Shown one piece after another: positions 46,880 through 62,173 of a stretch of 64,000 bases of DNA. The DNA comes from Azolla caroliniana (lineage: Eukaryota; Plantae; Polypodiophyta). The stretch lies in NCBI GenBank assembly GCA_043228905.1, contig JBHGNT010000010.1, forward strand, positions 16,864,001-16,928,000. The letters are read 5' to 3'. The position numbers and the translations under genes are program-made. The notes under the pieces were generated by a model that saw nothing but the letters and a program-made list of their open reading frames with translations, had not been told where the DNA came from and did no database searches. Each line of letters opens with the position of its first letter. The first letter of the stretch is position 1.

Positions 46880-49800
46880 GATGAAAGAAAGATACGCCTC
46901 CATTGTTTAGCCTATGTCTAATGGTGGTAAGTGTACAATCTATGGCAAAAACACAAAACTATCCTTCACTTGTTGGGTATTTACTAGAACGCCCTCCCCT
47001 GCTGCGTTAAATGTTTTACTACAAGGGGTGGTTCTGATCAATTTCGATGTATTCTGGCAATTATCAAAAAATTCTGGTAAATACCCAAAAACGTAAAGGT
47101 AGTTTGGTGTTTTTCTGGAAATTTAATGCATGATGATTTACTATGAATAGTATTTGTGAGTAATTATTTTTGTCATGTTATCTATGCATGGCTAACTAGA
47201 AGTGTTCTTGTATTTAAACTTTACAGAGCTATTTTTGGTGCGTTTATCAAAAGACGTTCAGAAGTTGGGGATAAATGCATCAACAGTGGAATCAAGTGAA
47301 GAGCGTATATACGCTATACATCTATATTCGTTACCATATGTCATGACAAGTTTCTCTCAACATTTTTAGGAGATTTTTCTAGTTTTCGAGGCAGAATGGG
47401 AGACTTTTTTTTCTTCTAGAGAGATTGCTTTGATTAGTACATTCCTAGGCTAAAATCTTAGGATCCATGCTATTTTTAATTTGAAGTAGAAGCAAGCTAT
47501 ATAACTAAGTGAGATGAAGTGAAAAGAAAAAGAAAAAAGGAAGAAAGATCACAAGGTCAAAATGATCCAGAGGTTTTGTGGCCTATGAGAAAGACCGTAA
47601 CGGAAGTGCAATTTTTAAAAAAAGAGGCATGATTCATTTTGTTTCTTTCTTAATAAGAACTCATTGCACGACCAAATGTTGGTGGATGGTTGTCTAAAGG
47701 AAAGTTCAAACTCACCTTGAGAGGGTAAGAAAAGGTGATTGGTTCAAATATGGTTGGCCTTTTTAGGTACCTAAAATAGGCATATTCTTATGCTCTCATA
47801 CTAAGGTATGAGAATTATTATATTATTGAGTCATCATGTATGCATAGAAGTCTTATCTTCATATGTAATATGCAAGTGGAGAGATTCACATATAATTCTA
47901 GAAAGACTCAAATGTACGTTTTTTGCCGTGTACAAGCATAAGAAATAAAGTTCTGGCATGGAAAGGGAATTCTCTGTTGTAGTAATTGTTCATTTTTCCT
48001 CATATTTGATGCTATTTGAACTTATTTCAAATCCCTATTCAAAAGTTTTTCTCATATGAAACAATTCAAGCCACTGTTCTTATGTTCTGGTTTTGCCATT
48101 TCAAGTCAGGAGTGGAATCAGCTTGAAGACATTTTGGTATTTTGATAGTTATATAAGTTTTTTTATGAACTGTCACAGTGTGCTAGGCTGAGTAAAGATG
48201 CTGATAAAATATCAATTAGGCATGATATGAAGGTGCCCAAAAATTTACAAGATTGTTGGTGAGAGAAAGGTACCATTGTAGCTAACTTGTTATCTGTTTT
48301 GTTGGTCCTGCCAAAATAGTGGAATATTTGTATTATAAATTCCTTTGATATGCCAAGTTAGCATATGGTGTAATAATATAGGGTTTTGTAATGCTACAAC
48401 ATCTTCTACATGGGATCAAATGGTGCTGATTTCTTTTGTTTTAAAAGAAATAATTGCATTAGAGAATCAGACTGATAGGCCTCAAAGAATATGATAGTTG
48501 CATGCCTAAGGCAACTAGTTTTTATAATTTTGATACATTATTTATTTCCAATAAGCATGAATATCAAGATGCAAAGCATCATCAAATTAAAGGGTATCAT
48601 GATATGTCACAATTGGTTATCTAGATGGACATTTATTGGACATGTTGAAAAGGGTTGTTGAACGGCATGATACAAGTTGATTGATGAATAGTCTTGATAT
48701 TTAGTTTTTCACATCGCTTGTAAAAATCTTTCAGCACTACAAAGGAGTGCGTTGTTGAGGATTTGTGATTGTTTTATGATAACCCACCAAGGATGTTTAG
48801 CATAACTAAATGAGCAAGGATTAATGTTTGCATTCCTTAATTGTGCATGAATTACAATAGGGGAGGGTTATATGCATTTTTTTCATTCTTCATGGAACAC
48901 GTGATACCAATGAGATATTGGATGCCATGATATGAATAATAAAGACTTTAGACTTTAGCAAAGTGAGAGCTTGTTCTAGGGTTGACAAGCCATTTGTGGT
49001 AATTTTAATGCTTCTTTCTTATGTGGCTTGAAAGTAGCTTTCAAGAATCCCTTGTAAAAAGTGGATTTGGCTAACTCAAGCCAATGTTTCTTGATATGTT
49101 CTTTGGAACACACAAGTGAAATGCTCAAATTTGTTGACTTGGCATCAAGCTAAGAGAGAGTGACAATAGGAGGACGTGTAAAATGTGGTGAACAACATGT
49201 CACAAAGAAGATGACATTTGATGAAGTTTATCATGTGTCACTTAAAAATTGGTGCATGCTCAGGCCTTAGCTATCCTTGTTCTGAATAGTGAGATATCTA
49301 TTTTCTCTTGAATGATTGGACTACATACCAATGGGAAATATATATTTAGATTTTTAAATAAAATGTAGATAGCTCTTGCATTGGACTTTTGCAATAAGTT
49401 CTCATAAAGGTATTGTGAAAATTCTTATTTCTTCCGGTTTCCACAAATTGAAGATATCCTGGCACTAGTTGAGTGGGTCTAAAAGTTACATGATATTAGA
49501 GATGCAAAGGTAGTGGATAACTTTAAGTATACAAACTTTAAGCAAAGCAAAACCAATCAATTAACATAAGGAGAATACTATAGAAACATCTCAAGTTGAT
49601 TAAAGAAAATAATAACTTTATACATCTCCTAAGTATGTATTTGGAGATCTCTATGTATTCACCAATAAGGATTATTATGAACTCCTTGATCTCAAAAGGA
49701 AACATAGGAGACAGTTTTGACACCCACGAACTAGGAGGGAAAGTGGAGACCTTAAGGCATGCTTCATTGACCTTCCTATATGATGTTGTAGTGGGGGAAT

Positions 49801-50289
49801 GCATAAAAATAGGATATAATGAACACTTTAACAATTACACTCTAACCAATTTGAAGATAGTTTAGGAGAGGTTAATATGAACGTGTAGAAAACCACACAA
49901 CGGAGCAAGATACAACAAACAAATGGAACTTTAATGTTCCAATCAATATACATTGGCATACCTAGGAAGCGACACTTTATTCTCGACATCCAATAAGGGA
50001 ATAAAGTAGAATTAAATATAAGTGTTAAGAACATGATCCACGTGTAGCTTGTGGAAATCTACATCTATAATTGTGTAGAGTGGAATAAGGTGGAAAATCC
50101 AATATAAAGAATAAATAATGATTGAAGTGAATATATACGTGACATGAACTCATTCATGATTGTAATTACATGATGCCCATGATGAGATATTTGATCATGA
50201 ACATACAATTCATGCTTATTGTGAACTAGACGCCCATAATTCTTTAGTTCTTTTCCAAGAAAATATAATAATAATGTGTAATCAATCAA

Positions 50290-50450
50290 TGATGTTACAA
50301 TATAAGAATGGCTTGCCATGTTATTGGTTTATATTGAGCAGGATAAGAATGAGGATGCTATAAAACTCTATCCTTGAATGCTTGTGCAAGGTCTCTAACT
50401 ACTATGATGACATTTTCTGGTATGTAGAAAGCATGTGGCAACATGGGAGA
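50290..50450 (+). pseudogene. Short decayed PPR-gene fragment
   Basis: Frameshifted translation resembles W.AML..YIEQDKNEDAIKLY..MLVQGL...MTFSGM*KACGNMGE. Confidence 0.5.
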
Positions 50451-51879
50451 ATTGGTAGTCATATTGAAATCAAATTAGATGTTGAGATGGATCTTAGTTA
50501 AATGAAGGATCCATGGCTAGCCATTGGGATAGTCGTTTTTTCTCTTCTTTTCCGTCTATTTTGTAGTTTGTACCTTATAGGTTTTTTGAAAACTAATGAA
50601 AGGACATTTTGTTTTGAAAAAAAATAAATATAAAATATAAGCAACATAATTGTGGGTTGATATTAAGGGTGATCTACAAGATTATGAAAAAGAAAAGGTT
50701 AACTTTGCATTGTATACAAGAGGTCAATATGTTGAGGAAGTGTCGCCATGTATGCCTATTAATTCAGTACATAATGGGGTGGTTTGGGAGATTTAGATCG
50801 ATAGTCTTCTAGGTTTTGTGGACTACTAGATGTCAAAGGATATTTCAGGAAATTCAATGGAATGTTGTGGATGTAGTTGAGAAGATTTGCCTTGACTTTG
50901 GCGCATACACTAAAAGGAGAATATGATGCTATCAAGGGTGATTCAGATGTAGTCTTTTGAACACAAGAGGTTTTTAAGGAGAGATGGGAAAGGATGAATG
51001 TCTTTTGCATGGTTAATGGTTGTATACGTTGGAGGTATCCGCCACCTCTCTAGGTATTTCCTCCACCGACATGAGGCATGTGTCCATATATAATTGTTCT
51101 TGGCAATGCTTTGGGAGATATGTATGTCGGTGCCTAAGAGCAGTTGAAAAGGTAAAAGATTGTGATGAAGTATCATGTAAATCGTTTTAGACATAATATA
51201 AACCATTGTTTGAAAAAAAAAGCAACATCATGTTCCTCTTGTATCCAACAAACAAAATTGGGTTACATTGTTGTCATTCACATATAAATATGCAAAGACT
51301 ATTGATTAATGATGAGCTAATAGTAGGGGATTTTTCACGTGGTTTTCAATTGTTTTAAATATGTGATGAATTGGTTTGAGTTATGGTTCTATAAAAAGGT
51401 TAATGTGCACATATAATTTTGATGTGCTTACTACATGTATATACATGTATTCTATAACGTATGATTGCTAAAGAGCTAACCCACACAACTTGCTCCACCT
51501 ATAATAAAAGATCACATGGATTTGTTTAATAGTTTAGTTAACAAGACAATGCACAATGTTTTCTAGATTCATAAAATATACCCGCTCATTTTTCACTGTT
51601 ATCAATGACATCTAATTCAACATGGATGAATTTGCAAAGAAATACTCGCATTGATCATATGATGATGCCATGATATTATGGTTCTTGTTCTTGGTTGGTG
51701 TGTATAGTAAGAGATAACAAAATTACCAAATGGGCACGTCTTGACATTTGATTTTAATGTATATTCCCTCAACATATAAACTTGTGGATCAAAGTTGAAC
51801 AATTAGGTATGATACATATTGAGAGAGATCCAAAAACATGTAACTAGTAAGGGCATAGAAATTTGTGTGTTTTACTTCT

Positions 51880-52100
51880 TATTGTCCAAGATTACCCGTT
51901 CCAAGAAGGATCTATTATGCAATCTCAGTAAAAGGACATTCAATTGACGAGGAGCGTTACATCATGTGCATGTAGTGTATCTAATGCATCGGAATGGAGC
52001 TATATAAACTCGAAAATTGTGTGAGGCATTATAGTGGCCACTATACTTTAAAAAGGGAACACTTGACGAGGTTCCACATACATGATACAAGCTTCGAAAT
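51880..52100 (+). mobile_element. Possible ancient gypsy integrase zinc-binding-domain remnant
   Basis: Weak: EALHH...TRKLCEAL*WP resembles the EAH...TARKVWQSGLWWP segment of the young element. Confidence 0.3.
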
Positions 52101-54644
52101 TACAAGAACAACGAGTATAAGACTAATATGTTACATTTTTCCATAGTCTCCTTTCTACACACAATCTTTCTTACCTATGGAGTATATTCCTAACCTATCT
52201 CGAAGGCTAAATAACTAGACTTATGCATTGTTGAGGACGAATTTAAATTTTGTCATTGTGACGATCACTTTTTGTTTAATATATCATATAAAAGTTCTCT
52301 CTCGATATGCTCGTATGCCCTGCATAATTTATTTTTGCTCCTTGATTATCACCTAGCCTCTTCATCTGCTTAAAACTTTATTTCCCACTCATGCCTCGAG
52401 ATTTTAACATTCACAAGCCCTTATTTCTAGAAGATAAAGCTAAGGACATTAGTCACCCAGACAATGTAGATTGCTTGTTGAATCTAGACTCCTTTTTCAC
52501 CAACAATTCGAGTATGTGATGTGTGCCTCTTTTGACAATGAAGAGCAAACATCAAATCAAATTAACTAGGTCATGCTACCTCAATAGCTCTACATTCATT
52601 GTTCTAAGACGAATTTTGTGGATGATTGACACTGAAGTTTTCTAATATGACTCGATTTAAATGCATTATACTATCGATATCGTCCACATAAACTAATGTG
52701 ACAACGTTCTATCACATCATCTTTGATGACTAGGAATAACAATCCATTAACCTTTTTTTAGGTTGAAAACGTGGATTTCACAACTAAATTGCTTATTACC
52801 ACCTTTCATCGAGGAAAATATTGCAAGGAGTATTTTCTTTGTACATAAGTTCTACAACATAAGCTATATCCCCTAAGCTTCAAACTTCTTACAAATCAAA
52901 GCATGCACTATTGTTCCACAAAAAATATGCAATATGTCATGTATCATGAACTTGATTTTTTTATCATAGAGAAAATTCAAATGAAAACAAAGTAAATGTT
53001 TGTAGATGTATCATCAAGATTGTCCAAATGATAGAAATTACTAATCCACGTACTTTTTTTTATAAAATTAGATAATATAATCATTGTAAGTAATAAATAA
53101 TTGGGTAATTGTCTTCGCAAAGTCTAATTAATAACCAAATTCGCATAATGTGTCACCCACTAATGCACAATTACTTCCTTTAAAGAATTATTAAGAGCAA
53201 AATGTTGGAACTAAATAACTGCATTCTTCTCTTGGTTCTATGGTTTTCACTGGTAGAAAACATTGTCAATTAATTAATTTCTAGATACAGTTTGGGTCGT
53301 GCGACCATCTCATTCCAATTCTTGTTGTTTAACTTCTTCGAAAGGGATTGTGAGAAGGATGGTTGTATGAAATTTACATCGAAGTTCAACTAGATATAAC
53401 TCTTGAAACCTTTGTATAAAGTAATGTGATAGATCTTCTACCTATTTGTAAGGATTATGAAAATGAAGATATCCGAAGTAACTTATATCAATACATTGAG
53501 CGAGAAAATCAAGATTTAACGAAATGTGACAAGATAGAAGCCTAAAAAATGAATTAGACAAGAAGTCAAATCAACGATATACATTGTAAATGAACATCAT
53601 GACAATATAAAAAACTAGTGTACATAATGGATCATTTATCTCACAACTTCTTGTGTTATAAGAACAATTCTTCGTTTGTGAGCATTTACTTGATTTCTGT
53701 TTTCAGCTTCAAAGTGTGACTTTGTGGAGTTACTTGATAGTGGTTCAATCAGAATTATCTAAATGAATTATTTTGTAATCACACTCTTGATTTGGTGGGT
53801 TTATTTGAAGTAAAAAGCACAACACTAGCTCGACATCCAGCAATTGGAATGAGGAATCGGAGAATGGTCCATTATTAGAACTAGATCAATTAATCAATGT
53901 TAAGATTATTTTAAGATTGATTATGGTCCATTGTGTTAAGATTAACATCCTATCAATATAATTGATCAATTAGAACATAATCTTAATCAAAGACCCACAA
54001 TATAATCAAGAGGAAGAGAGAAAGAATGGCATTTTGAAAAACACTCTCTTAGAGGGAGGTATGAAGAAAAACAATTTTTTATTCAAATAATTGGTTCGAA
54101 AGTAATGGATTGAATAAGAATTCAGCCTTGTTAACTACAGGACATAGAATATTGAACATAAGAAGACTTTAAAGTTAAAACAATTACTCTAATGTTTGAC
54201 TGATTTAAACATTTTGACTACCCATTTGAACGTAGTGTACAACAAGGTTTCTTCAGCCTTAACTAATAGGTCGAGTTTCATTAGGATGAGTAAAATAATA
54301 ATAGTCTTGTAAGAACACAATGCAATTTTATGGGAATTCAGTGGAGAATTTAGACTTCGTTGGTTAAATTTTCCCTTTATAAATAATACTTTGGATGGAC
54401 AAGTTCAAACATCAGAGCTAGCATTATCATGATCTTTCTCCTAAATTACAATGGAGTTGTTCCCGTCTAATTAATGTAAATGCACCACAACTCCTACCGC
54501 GGCGTTGGAGAAAGTTTTCTGAACTAATTAGATTTGGTTTGAAAACTTGACTTACGTGTTAGTGTGACCACTTGCAAAGAAACCCACTTGAAGGGACATA
54601 GCTCTAGGGATTAAACCTTAAGAACTTAGGGATGGGAGACACTC

Positions 54645-54846
54645 CAAATGATCATTGGCATTAGCAAAGCACCAAAAGACTTAGGTTGGGACTTCCCAAG
54701 CACAACAATACAATTAAGGCCAAGCATCTCGTGGGTCTCTATTGATGCCACAAATGATCGTTGGCATTAGCAAAGTGTCGGAAGACTCACGTTGGGACTT
54801 CCCAAGCACAACAATACAATCGACGCGAAGCATCTCACGGGTCTCT
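54645..54846. repeat. Two-copy ~105-bp tandem duplication
   Basis: CAAATGATC.TTGGCATTAGCAAAG...GTTGGGACTTCCCAAGCACAACAATACAAT...GGGTCTCT starts at 54645 and again at 54751. Confidence 0.85.
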
Positions 54847-56324
54847 GGGGATGGGATCAACATGACTTGGCTAACCAAACCTTCTCATGTTTTTTCTTTT
54901 TAAAAGGTTCAATTTGGGTTTCGTAAATGTCCATATCGTGAAACGACCTGTAAGGCCAGCATGCGGGTCCTAGTCTCATAGGGCACGAATCGGGTGGGCT
55001 CGTTTCATAGGCAAATTTGATACAAGCATCTTCTTTCTTCTTTTCTTTTCTTTTGGTCTGGAGTTAGGCTTGACACGAGTGTAAAAGGAGGTAGAGATCG
55101 ACAAACTTTGGTCGGTCTACGGGATTCGAGGGCGGGCGAGTGTGAAAGCAAACTCATTTGAGTGGATTGGGATTTGGAGGGGAACGTTTCATGAAATTAC
55201 AGAAATGGGAGGGGCCATCCATCCCATTCATTCAACCCATCGAAAAACAGAATTTCTGCTGAAATTTTAATGGACATTCAGATTTATTAAGTTTTTTTTT
55301 TTTTTTGCTGATTTTTTCTCATTTTTAATCCCAAATTTTTTTGTTTCTCATCAGGACAACTAAAAAAAATCCCTACTCCGATCCTTCCAATTGTAATACC
55401 ACTACTATTACTTCTACTAATTTGGATCGTAAATTCTACTAGTACTATGACTTCTACTAATTTTTTCGATCGTAAATTCTATTTAATTTGTTGGCTTTCG
55501 ATGTTCTCCATCGCTTTCTTTTTGCCTTCAGTTTGTTGTTGGTTACATTTAGAAAATCATTAATCTCAGGATTAATGCCCTTTCTCCATTAAGCTTGCTG
55601 GGATTTCCCACCCTCCGATTATATTTCCCTTAAATTTGGTTTGTTTAATTTTCACTCGAAATTTTCATTTTCTGAGAACTTAGTGTTCCACCATAGCTGC
55701 TGTTTCGTCATTAAACTTATTTTCTCTGAGAAATTTTTCTATGAAGCATTTTTTTTTTTAATCTAGAGAAATTCTGACATTTCTAATAGAAACAGAGATT
55801 TGAGCTTTCATGAAGCTTTTCCTTTTATCCGCCTCAGAGAGTTTGGGCTTTCATGAAGCAATAATTAAAATCAGAGATTTTGAGGTTGTATGCCACCGCC
55901 CATTAAGCTAAATTCCTTTTTTCTTTTCTTTTATTTTTTACGGCAAGAAATTCTTGAGCTTTTTAAATACAGAGCTTCGAACGTCCATGAAATCTTTCTT
56001 CTCTGATTTTTCTTTTTTCAACAGAGGTTTGAGACTTCTTTTTTTTCATACACAGAATTGAGATTGTTTCCACCATCGCCAATCAAGAAATAATTTGTCA
56101 GAGGAGAAGAAAGATGGGGGATGAACCAAGAGAAATTCGGCCCAATTTAGGTCACACAAAATCGTGGGCAAATTTTGCGCGACTTTTTTTAATTTAAAAA
56201 AACATTTTAACCTCCAATTAAATTTATTATTCTAATAAAGAAAACATAAGATTGATCTTTATTACGTATTCCTATTTGAAAATAATTATTTTGCTTTTAT
56301 ATTGCATGTCGGGATAAATGATTA

Positions 56325-56483
56325 ATACTAAATACTAAATACTAAATAAGAAATAAGAAATAAGAAATAAGAAATAAGAAATAAGAAATAATAAATAATA
56401 AATGATAAATAATAAGTAATAAATAATAAATAATAAGTAATTACTAATAAGTAATAAATAATAAATAATAAATAATAAATAAT
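56325..56483. repeat. Graded heptamer array (AAATACT / AAATAAG / AAATAAT)
   Basis: Read directly. Confidence 0.9.
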
Positions 56484-56970
56484 CTCCATCAGAGCAGAAC
56501 AAAAATGAAGTAAGAAGAAACAGCAGCATTTATTCATCAAAATACTTCTTCTGCATACATACATATACCTATATATTCCTTGTAATAACGAAATGATGTA
56601 ATGCTTTGGACTCTGTTTATGCATCACCATAGCTAGCTAGCTTTGCTTGCATTATCTTGGACTCTGTTTATGCATCACCATAGCTAGCTAGCTTGCATTA
56701 TCTCTCATTTCCCTCTCCCTCTCAACACATCTACCCATCTAGTACCTATCTATTTATTCATATCTCTGTTTCTGCATCCCCATAATGAAGTAAAAAACAA
56801 CACCTAATCATCAATCACCACAAAGCAAAGGGCATCGTTACATATAAAATTTATGTGGATAGATTCTTCTCCAATGTTGAGGGATGGCAGAGATGCTTTA
56901 CTGGTTTAGGGAACAGGGGAGGAGAGTAGTAACCCAAGGATGAACCACCACTGCAACTCTCAGAATCATA

Positions 56971-59537
56971 ATGAAAATGATGGTGAAGCATCACGCCCCA
57001 TTCCACTCAATGTTTCTGCTTCTCCTCCTCCTTGTGGTCTCTTATCATGTCTCTGCTCAAGGTATGCTTTCTTATGTATATATGTATCAAGAAGACATTA
57101 CTCTGTTTTTCTCGTTTCCCTTTGTTCCGAAGCTCAACCTTTCTTTGTTACCATTAGATTCTGTACGTTGTTTAAGTTGATGATTTCCTTTTTATTTACA
57201 ACTTGAGTATTAGAAAATGTAAAAGAACATAATGAGGTAAGATTATTATAGATTTAGTTGTGCATATATGCAGATGTGAATCATGGAAATGATGGAAGTA
57301 TCAATGGAGGAGGATATGGGATGCCATTAAAAGCAGCTCGTTCTTGGTTTGATTTGGAACTATCTAAATTGTTTACCTTACGACCAATGCAATCTCTAAC
57401 AGAAGATTTGAAAAAGACCATCCATTCTTCGTCGTTCTTTCTCGTGGATGCATCTCGTTCAGCTAATTCAAAATCATTGTTTGAAGTACTACTACTATCA
57501 AATGATGGAAATGTGTCATCCCCATCCCCATCCCCATCCCCATCACCTAAAAAGAGACATCATAAGCATCATAAGCATCATCACCAATCTCCTCCCATTT
57601 CTGCACCAGAATTACCACCCAATAAATCACACTATTCAGCACCATCGCCTTCAGTTTTATCACCAAAGGAACCACCATCCCAAGCATCAAGAGAGAAGTT
57701 GAGAAAAAAACCTGGGGGAATGATACCACCATCACCATTACCATCGCCATCCCCATCGCCATCGCCGGCACCATCACCAAATGTAGTGTCTCATGACAGA
57801 GATCATATCTCATCCCCAAGTAAGTAGATAAATTGATACACATGTCTTGAATTTTTCTTTTGGTGATATTATCATATCGATTCCTAAGTGGTAGGCAAAA
57901 ACAACCCTCTTTTTCTATATTTCCCAAAATGCCCCTGGTCTATTCTAAACATGGTATGATATGGTATGTATGAGTATGTGGGGCACATTGGCCCATGGAA
58001 CCAAAACATAACCTTCGAAGGATTCACTTGTCCCAAAAGAAGTGACATGAGGACAGAGGCTATGGATATAATTATGTATGATGGTTGTTGACTCTTAAGT
58101 AAAAGAGAATGAGTTCGCCATATAGTGTCTCAAAGTAGCATCTATGTAATTGAGAAAGAGGGGATGATTTGATGACCATATAAATGCTTAAATATCACAA
58201 ACAATTATTTGGTACAGATGAAGGCTGACCAAAGGTATATAAAGTGGGCTTTGGGGAACTGATGAAAAAACCAAGGGAGGGGTGTTTCGGAGTTGTTACT
58301 GAATTAACAAAATATCAGATATTCTGATCTTTAAAGCTTCTCATGGACTTGTTTCTGTTACTACATTGTTAGGTCAAGTTCTCACTCCACAAATAGCACC
58401 CACAAGAAGCATTCCATCACCAAGTCCAGCTAGTATAATTTCACCTTCATCTCAACCTCCATCATCACCAAATGATGGTAAGTATTGAAATATTTTGAAT
58501 CTTTTGCTTCATTTTACAATTGCAATATTGTAGTCTTAGGGTGGAAGTAAATTTATGTTTTGGTTGCTCATAGGATGTAGCTCTATGGTGTGTATACCGC
58601 CATTGGCAAAGACACCTTTTATGGCACCTTGTGGATGTGTTCAAGCAGTTCAAGTAAAGATGGAGCTGAGCATTCCTCTGTATTCACTCTTCCCTCTGGT
58701 GTCTATGCTTGCGGCAGATGTTGCTGAAGCTCTAGTGCTGTCCACAAGGCAAGTGGAGATTGTAGGAGCAAGTACAGATAGTCAATATACAGATTACACA
58801 ATAGTAGATATGAATTTGGTACCATTAGGTCAGGAATTCGACAACATAACTGCACTTCTCATATATCGGAAGCTCTGGCAACATGAACTTGTTTTGAATG
58901 CAACTCTCTTTGGAAATTATAGTGTCATCTATGTCCTCTATCCAGGTAACCTTAGAAAATTTGTTCTCCATGTGTAGTTTTTTGGGTAAATACTCTAAAA
59001 ACAAAAGTTTGCTTTTGTTTATAAGAATGTTAAATTTTGTAGGTCTTCCTGCATCACCTCCAATTGAACCTTCAAGTGGAGTGTCCCCTACTGCAGGACA
59101 GAACCCCTTTGGAGTTGAAGTTAAGAAAAAAAGCTACAATCTAGCCATTGGGACTATTGCTATTATTGCATTATGCTCGGCTGCATCTCTTGTGATTTGC
59201 CTTGGTGCCTTCTGGATTGGAATGCTGAAATTCTGCCACCATGCTGAAACAAAGACTCATCAGGTCGAACCTGGGCTCTTCTCAACTTGGACTAAAAGAT
59301 CAGGTAAACAAATGAGGTGATGATGATGAATTATCCCCTTAGAAAGAAAGAAAGATATATTAACGTCTTTTAAGAGGCCAAAATGGCCTATAAGACCAAA
59401 TAAGAGATTACATCTTTTAGAGAGGTTGATAGATTTTGCCCTCTGACGTTAAATATGAGTTATGGGACTAAAGTAAAACATTTTCATTGTGTGAAATTAG
59501 ATAAGTGATTTCTGGTGTTCAAGAATTTTACAGATGA

Positions 59538-59589
<52 letters not shown>

Positions 59590-61716
59590 TGTCTTACAAT
59601 CACAGGACCCTCTGCCATATCGAGTGATATCGAAAGCTCGGTAGTATCCATGTCATATGCATCAAGCATGGCAACTTATAGCAGCATTGCAAAAACCTTT
59701 ACGTTTGCCGAGCTGGATAGAGCAACTGAGAGGTTTAATCTGGAGAATGTTATCGGGGAAGGTGGGTTTGGCCGAGTATACTCTGGCAACTTAGATGATG
59801 GAAGAAAAGTGGCGGTGAAAGTACTCACAAGAGATGATCAACAAGGAGGAAGAGAGTTCATTGCCGAAGTAGAGACGCTGAGTCGTCTCCATCACCGTAA
59901 TTTGGTCAAGTTGATTGGTATTTGTATCGAAGATCACAATCGCTGCTTAGTATACGAGCTTATTCCGAATGGCAGTGTGGAGTCTCATCTTCATGGTACA
60001 CTTGTATACATAAATGATGATAATCAAACTTTTGGTTCTTGCTCTTGCATAGATATTTCATCACATGCTGAATATTATACGGGTGCTAAATTCTAATCCA
60101 TAATCACAGTAGCAAGGAGGCAATGAAGCTAAATATTTTAGGGCAAACTCTGTATGGTTATGGAAGGGCTGTATCTTGTCCTTAGCGTATGGAGATAGAG
60201 AGGGCATAGCACATCCATTCCTTAGATAATGTGTGCAGACTTCATTGAGTAGTTATCCAGACCATAATAATGCCCTTATTTCTTGTGGCTAGCCTTAAGT
60301 TTTTGTTTAGATGCTCATAACATCAAATCATTAGGAAATTGCTTGATAAAGAGTGTTGTTGGCATTTACCAGGTATTGATAAAGAGACATCTCCTTTGGA
60401 TTGGGATGCGCGGATGAAGATAGCCCTCGGTGCTGCCCGTGGATTGGCTTACCTCCATGAAGATTCCAATCCCCGTGTCATCCATCGAGATTTCAAGGCG
60501 AGCAACATTCTATTAGAGAACGATTTCAATCCAAAGGTTGCAGATTTTGGTCTGGCAAAAGCTGCACCAGATGAAGGAAGTGGACATCTTTCGACGAGAG
60601 TGATGGGTACATTTGGGTATAAATTCTACCCCTTTTTGGGTTCAATATCTTAGCTATACATATCTCATCTATACATAGCTGACAACATATACGTATATAC
60701 TCTATATACACAGCTTACAGGATACATATATCTTCTCTCTATCCATAGGTAACAAGATATATAGCTACTCTGTATACATAGATAGCAAGATAATGTATAT
60801 ATATATATATATATATAAGCCACAAATTCATACCTACACGCATACATTCATCCTTCTGTACATACATTATTATATATGTACATGTTGCATGCATGCATCC
60901 ATACATACATACATACGTATGGCTGACATATATATGTGGGTATTTCTTAACATGTTAATATCTATGCACAGGTATGTTGCCCCTGAGTATGCAATGACAG
61001 GGCATTTGCTTGTGAAAAGTGACGTGTATAGCTATGGCGTGGTATTATTGGAGCTCCTTTCAGGACGAAAACCTGTGGATATGTCCCAACCTCAAGGACA
61101 AGAAAACCTAGTGACTTGGGCTCGGCCTCTTCTCACGAGCGAAGAAGGAATAGATGCGTTGGTCGATCCTGCACTATATAACAAATATCCTCCTAGCAAT
61201 TTTGCGAGAGTAGCTGCCATTGCTTCCATGTGTGTTCAGCCTGAGGTCTCACATCGACCTTTCATGGGAGAGGTTGTGCAAGCATTGAAGCTAGTGTACA
61301 ATGACTCTTCTAATGTTGCCAATGGAGACATAGTTTCTAGCAATTGTAGTCTTGGGGGTGGAGGCGATTCCTTTGATTTAAGTGAGACCCAAGTGGGTGG
61401 TGGCTATGGTGGATCAGGTCACGAATTATGGGCTGTTGATAGGAACTCATCCTATGTGCTCGATTCATTTATCTCAATTGACTATGACTCTGGACCTAGC
61501 CATGGAGCTACAAAGACTGATGTTAGAAGACCTCATGTCTCTTCATCATATGGTCATGGTGCAAGACATAAAGTGGACAATGCCATGGCTGGTTGGGGTG
61601 AAGGCTCCTTAAGGAGGCATAGTCTTTCTGGACCCCCATCTCCAAGGAAGTGTAGTAAACAAGATGGTGGTAGTAGTGAATACATTGCATGTTCTAGGTT
61701 TTGTGTTACAGAGTAA
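56971..61716 (+). CDS. ALE2-like (extensin/proline-rich) receptor-like Ser/Thr kinase; exons 56971-57061, 57274-57819, 58373-58477, 58574-58945, 59043-59303, 59606-59995, 60373-60616, 60972-61716
   Basis: Signal peptide, Ser-Pro-rich ectodomain, Cys motif (C..PL..TP..APCGCV) and a TM helix. Kinase motifs [21 protein letters not shown] and GTFGYVAPEY; exon phases are consistent. Confidence 0.92.
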
Positions 61717-62089
61717 TGATCTATACATGGATACAATGCACACTGGAATGCCAGTTGAAAAGAATTCTCACGGAAGAAAAACCCCAAGTAAAAGGAAAAT
61801 CTTGGTGTGCCACAAACATGGAGGAAAAAAGCTCCAATGAAGTGAATAGATAAATATGGAGAGGTTACTTGGGTTCAATGAAGATGCGAAAAACGTGTAT
61901 TTGCTAACATGTTTGGTATGGAAAACCTAATCTGTAGGTGCACATCCATAATCTCTCATAATCTAGATGGAAAACCTAGAGGAAAAACCCCAAAGGAACT
62001 TTATATGACATGAAGAGGTTGTCATGATTCTAATATCTTATAGCTCACCATTTTTTTCTCTTAAAGGTGGGAGGTTGGTTAGTTGCAAC

Positions 62090-62173
62090 CAAGTGCATGT
62101 GGTGGGAATTAAACTCTTGTCCTATAGCTCATAGAGCATGAGTTTAAACCGTTCGCCCAACCTCAGCTCATTG
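62090..62173 (-). mobile_element. Possible decayed tRNA-derived SINE head
   Basis: The minus strand has A-box-like TGGGCGAACGG and B-box-like GAGTTTAATTCC at tRNA-like spacing. No TSD found. Confidence 0.3.
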
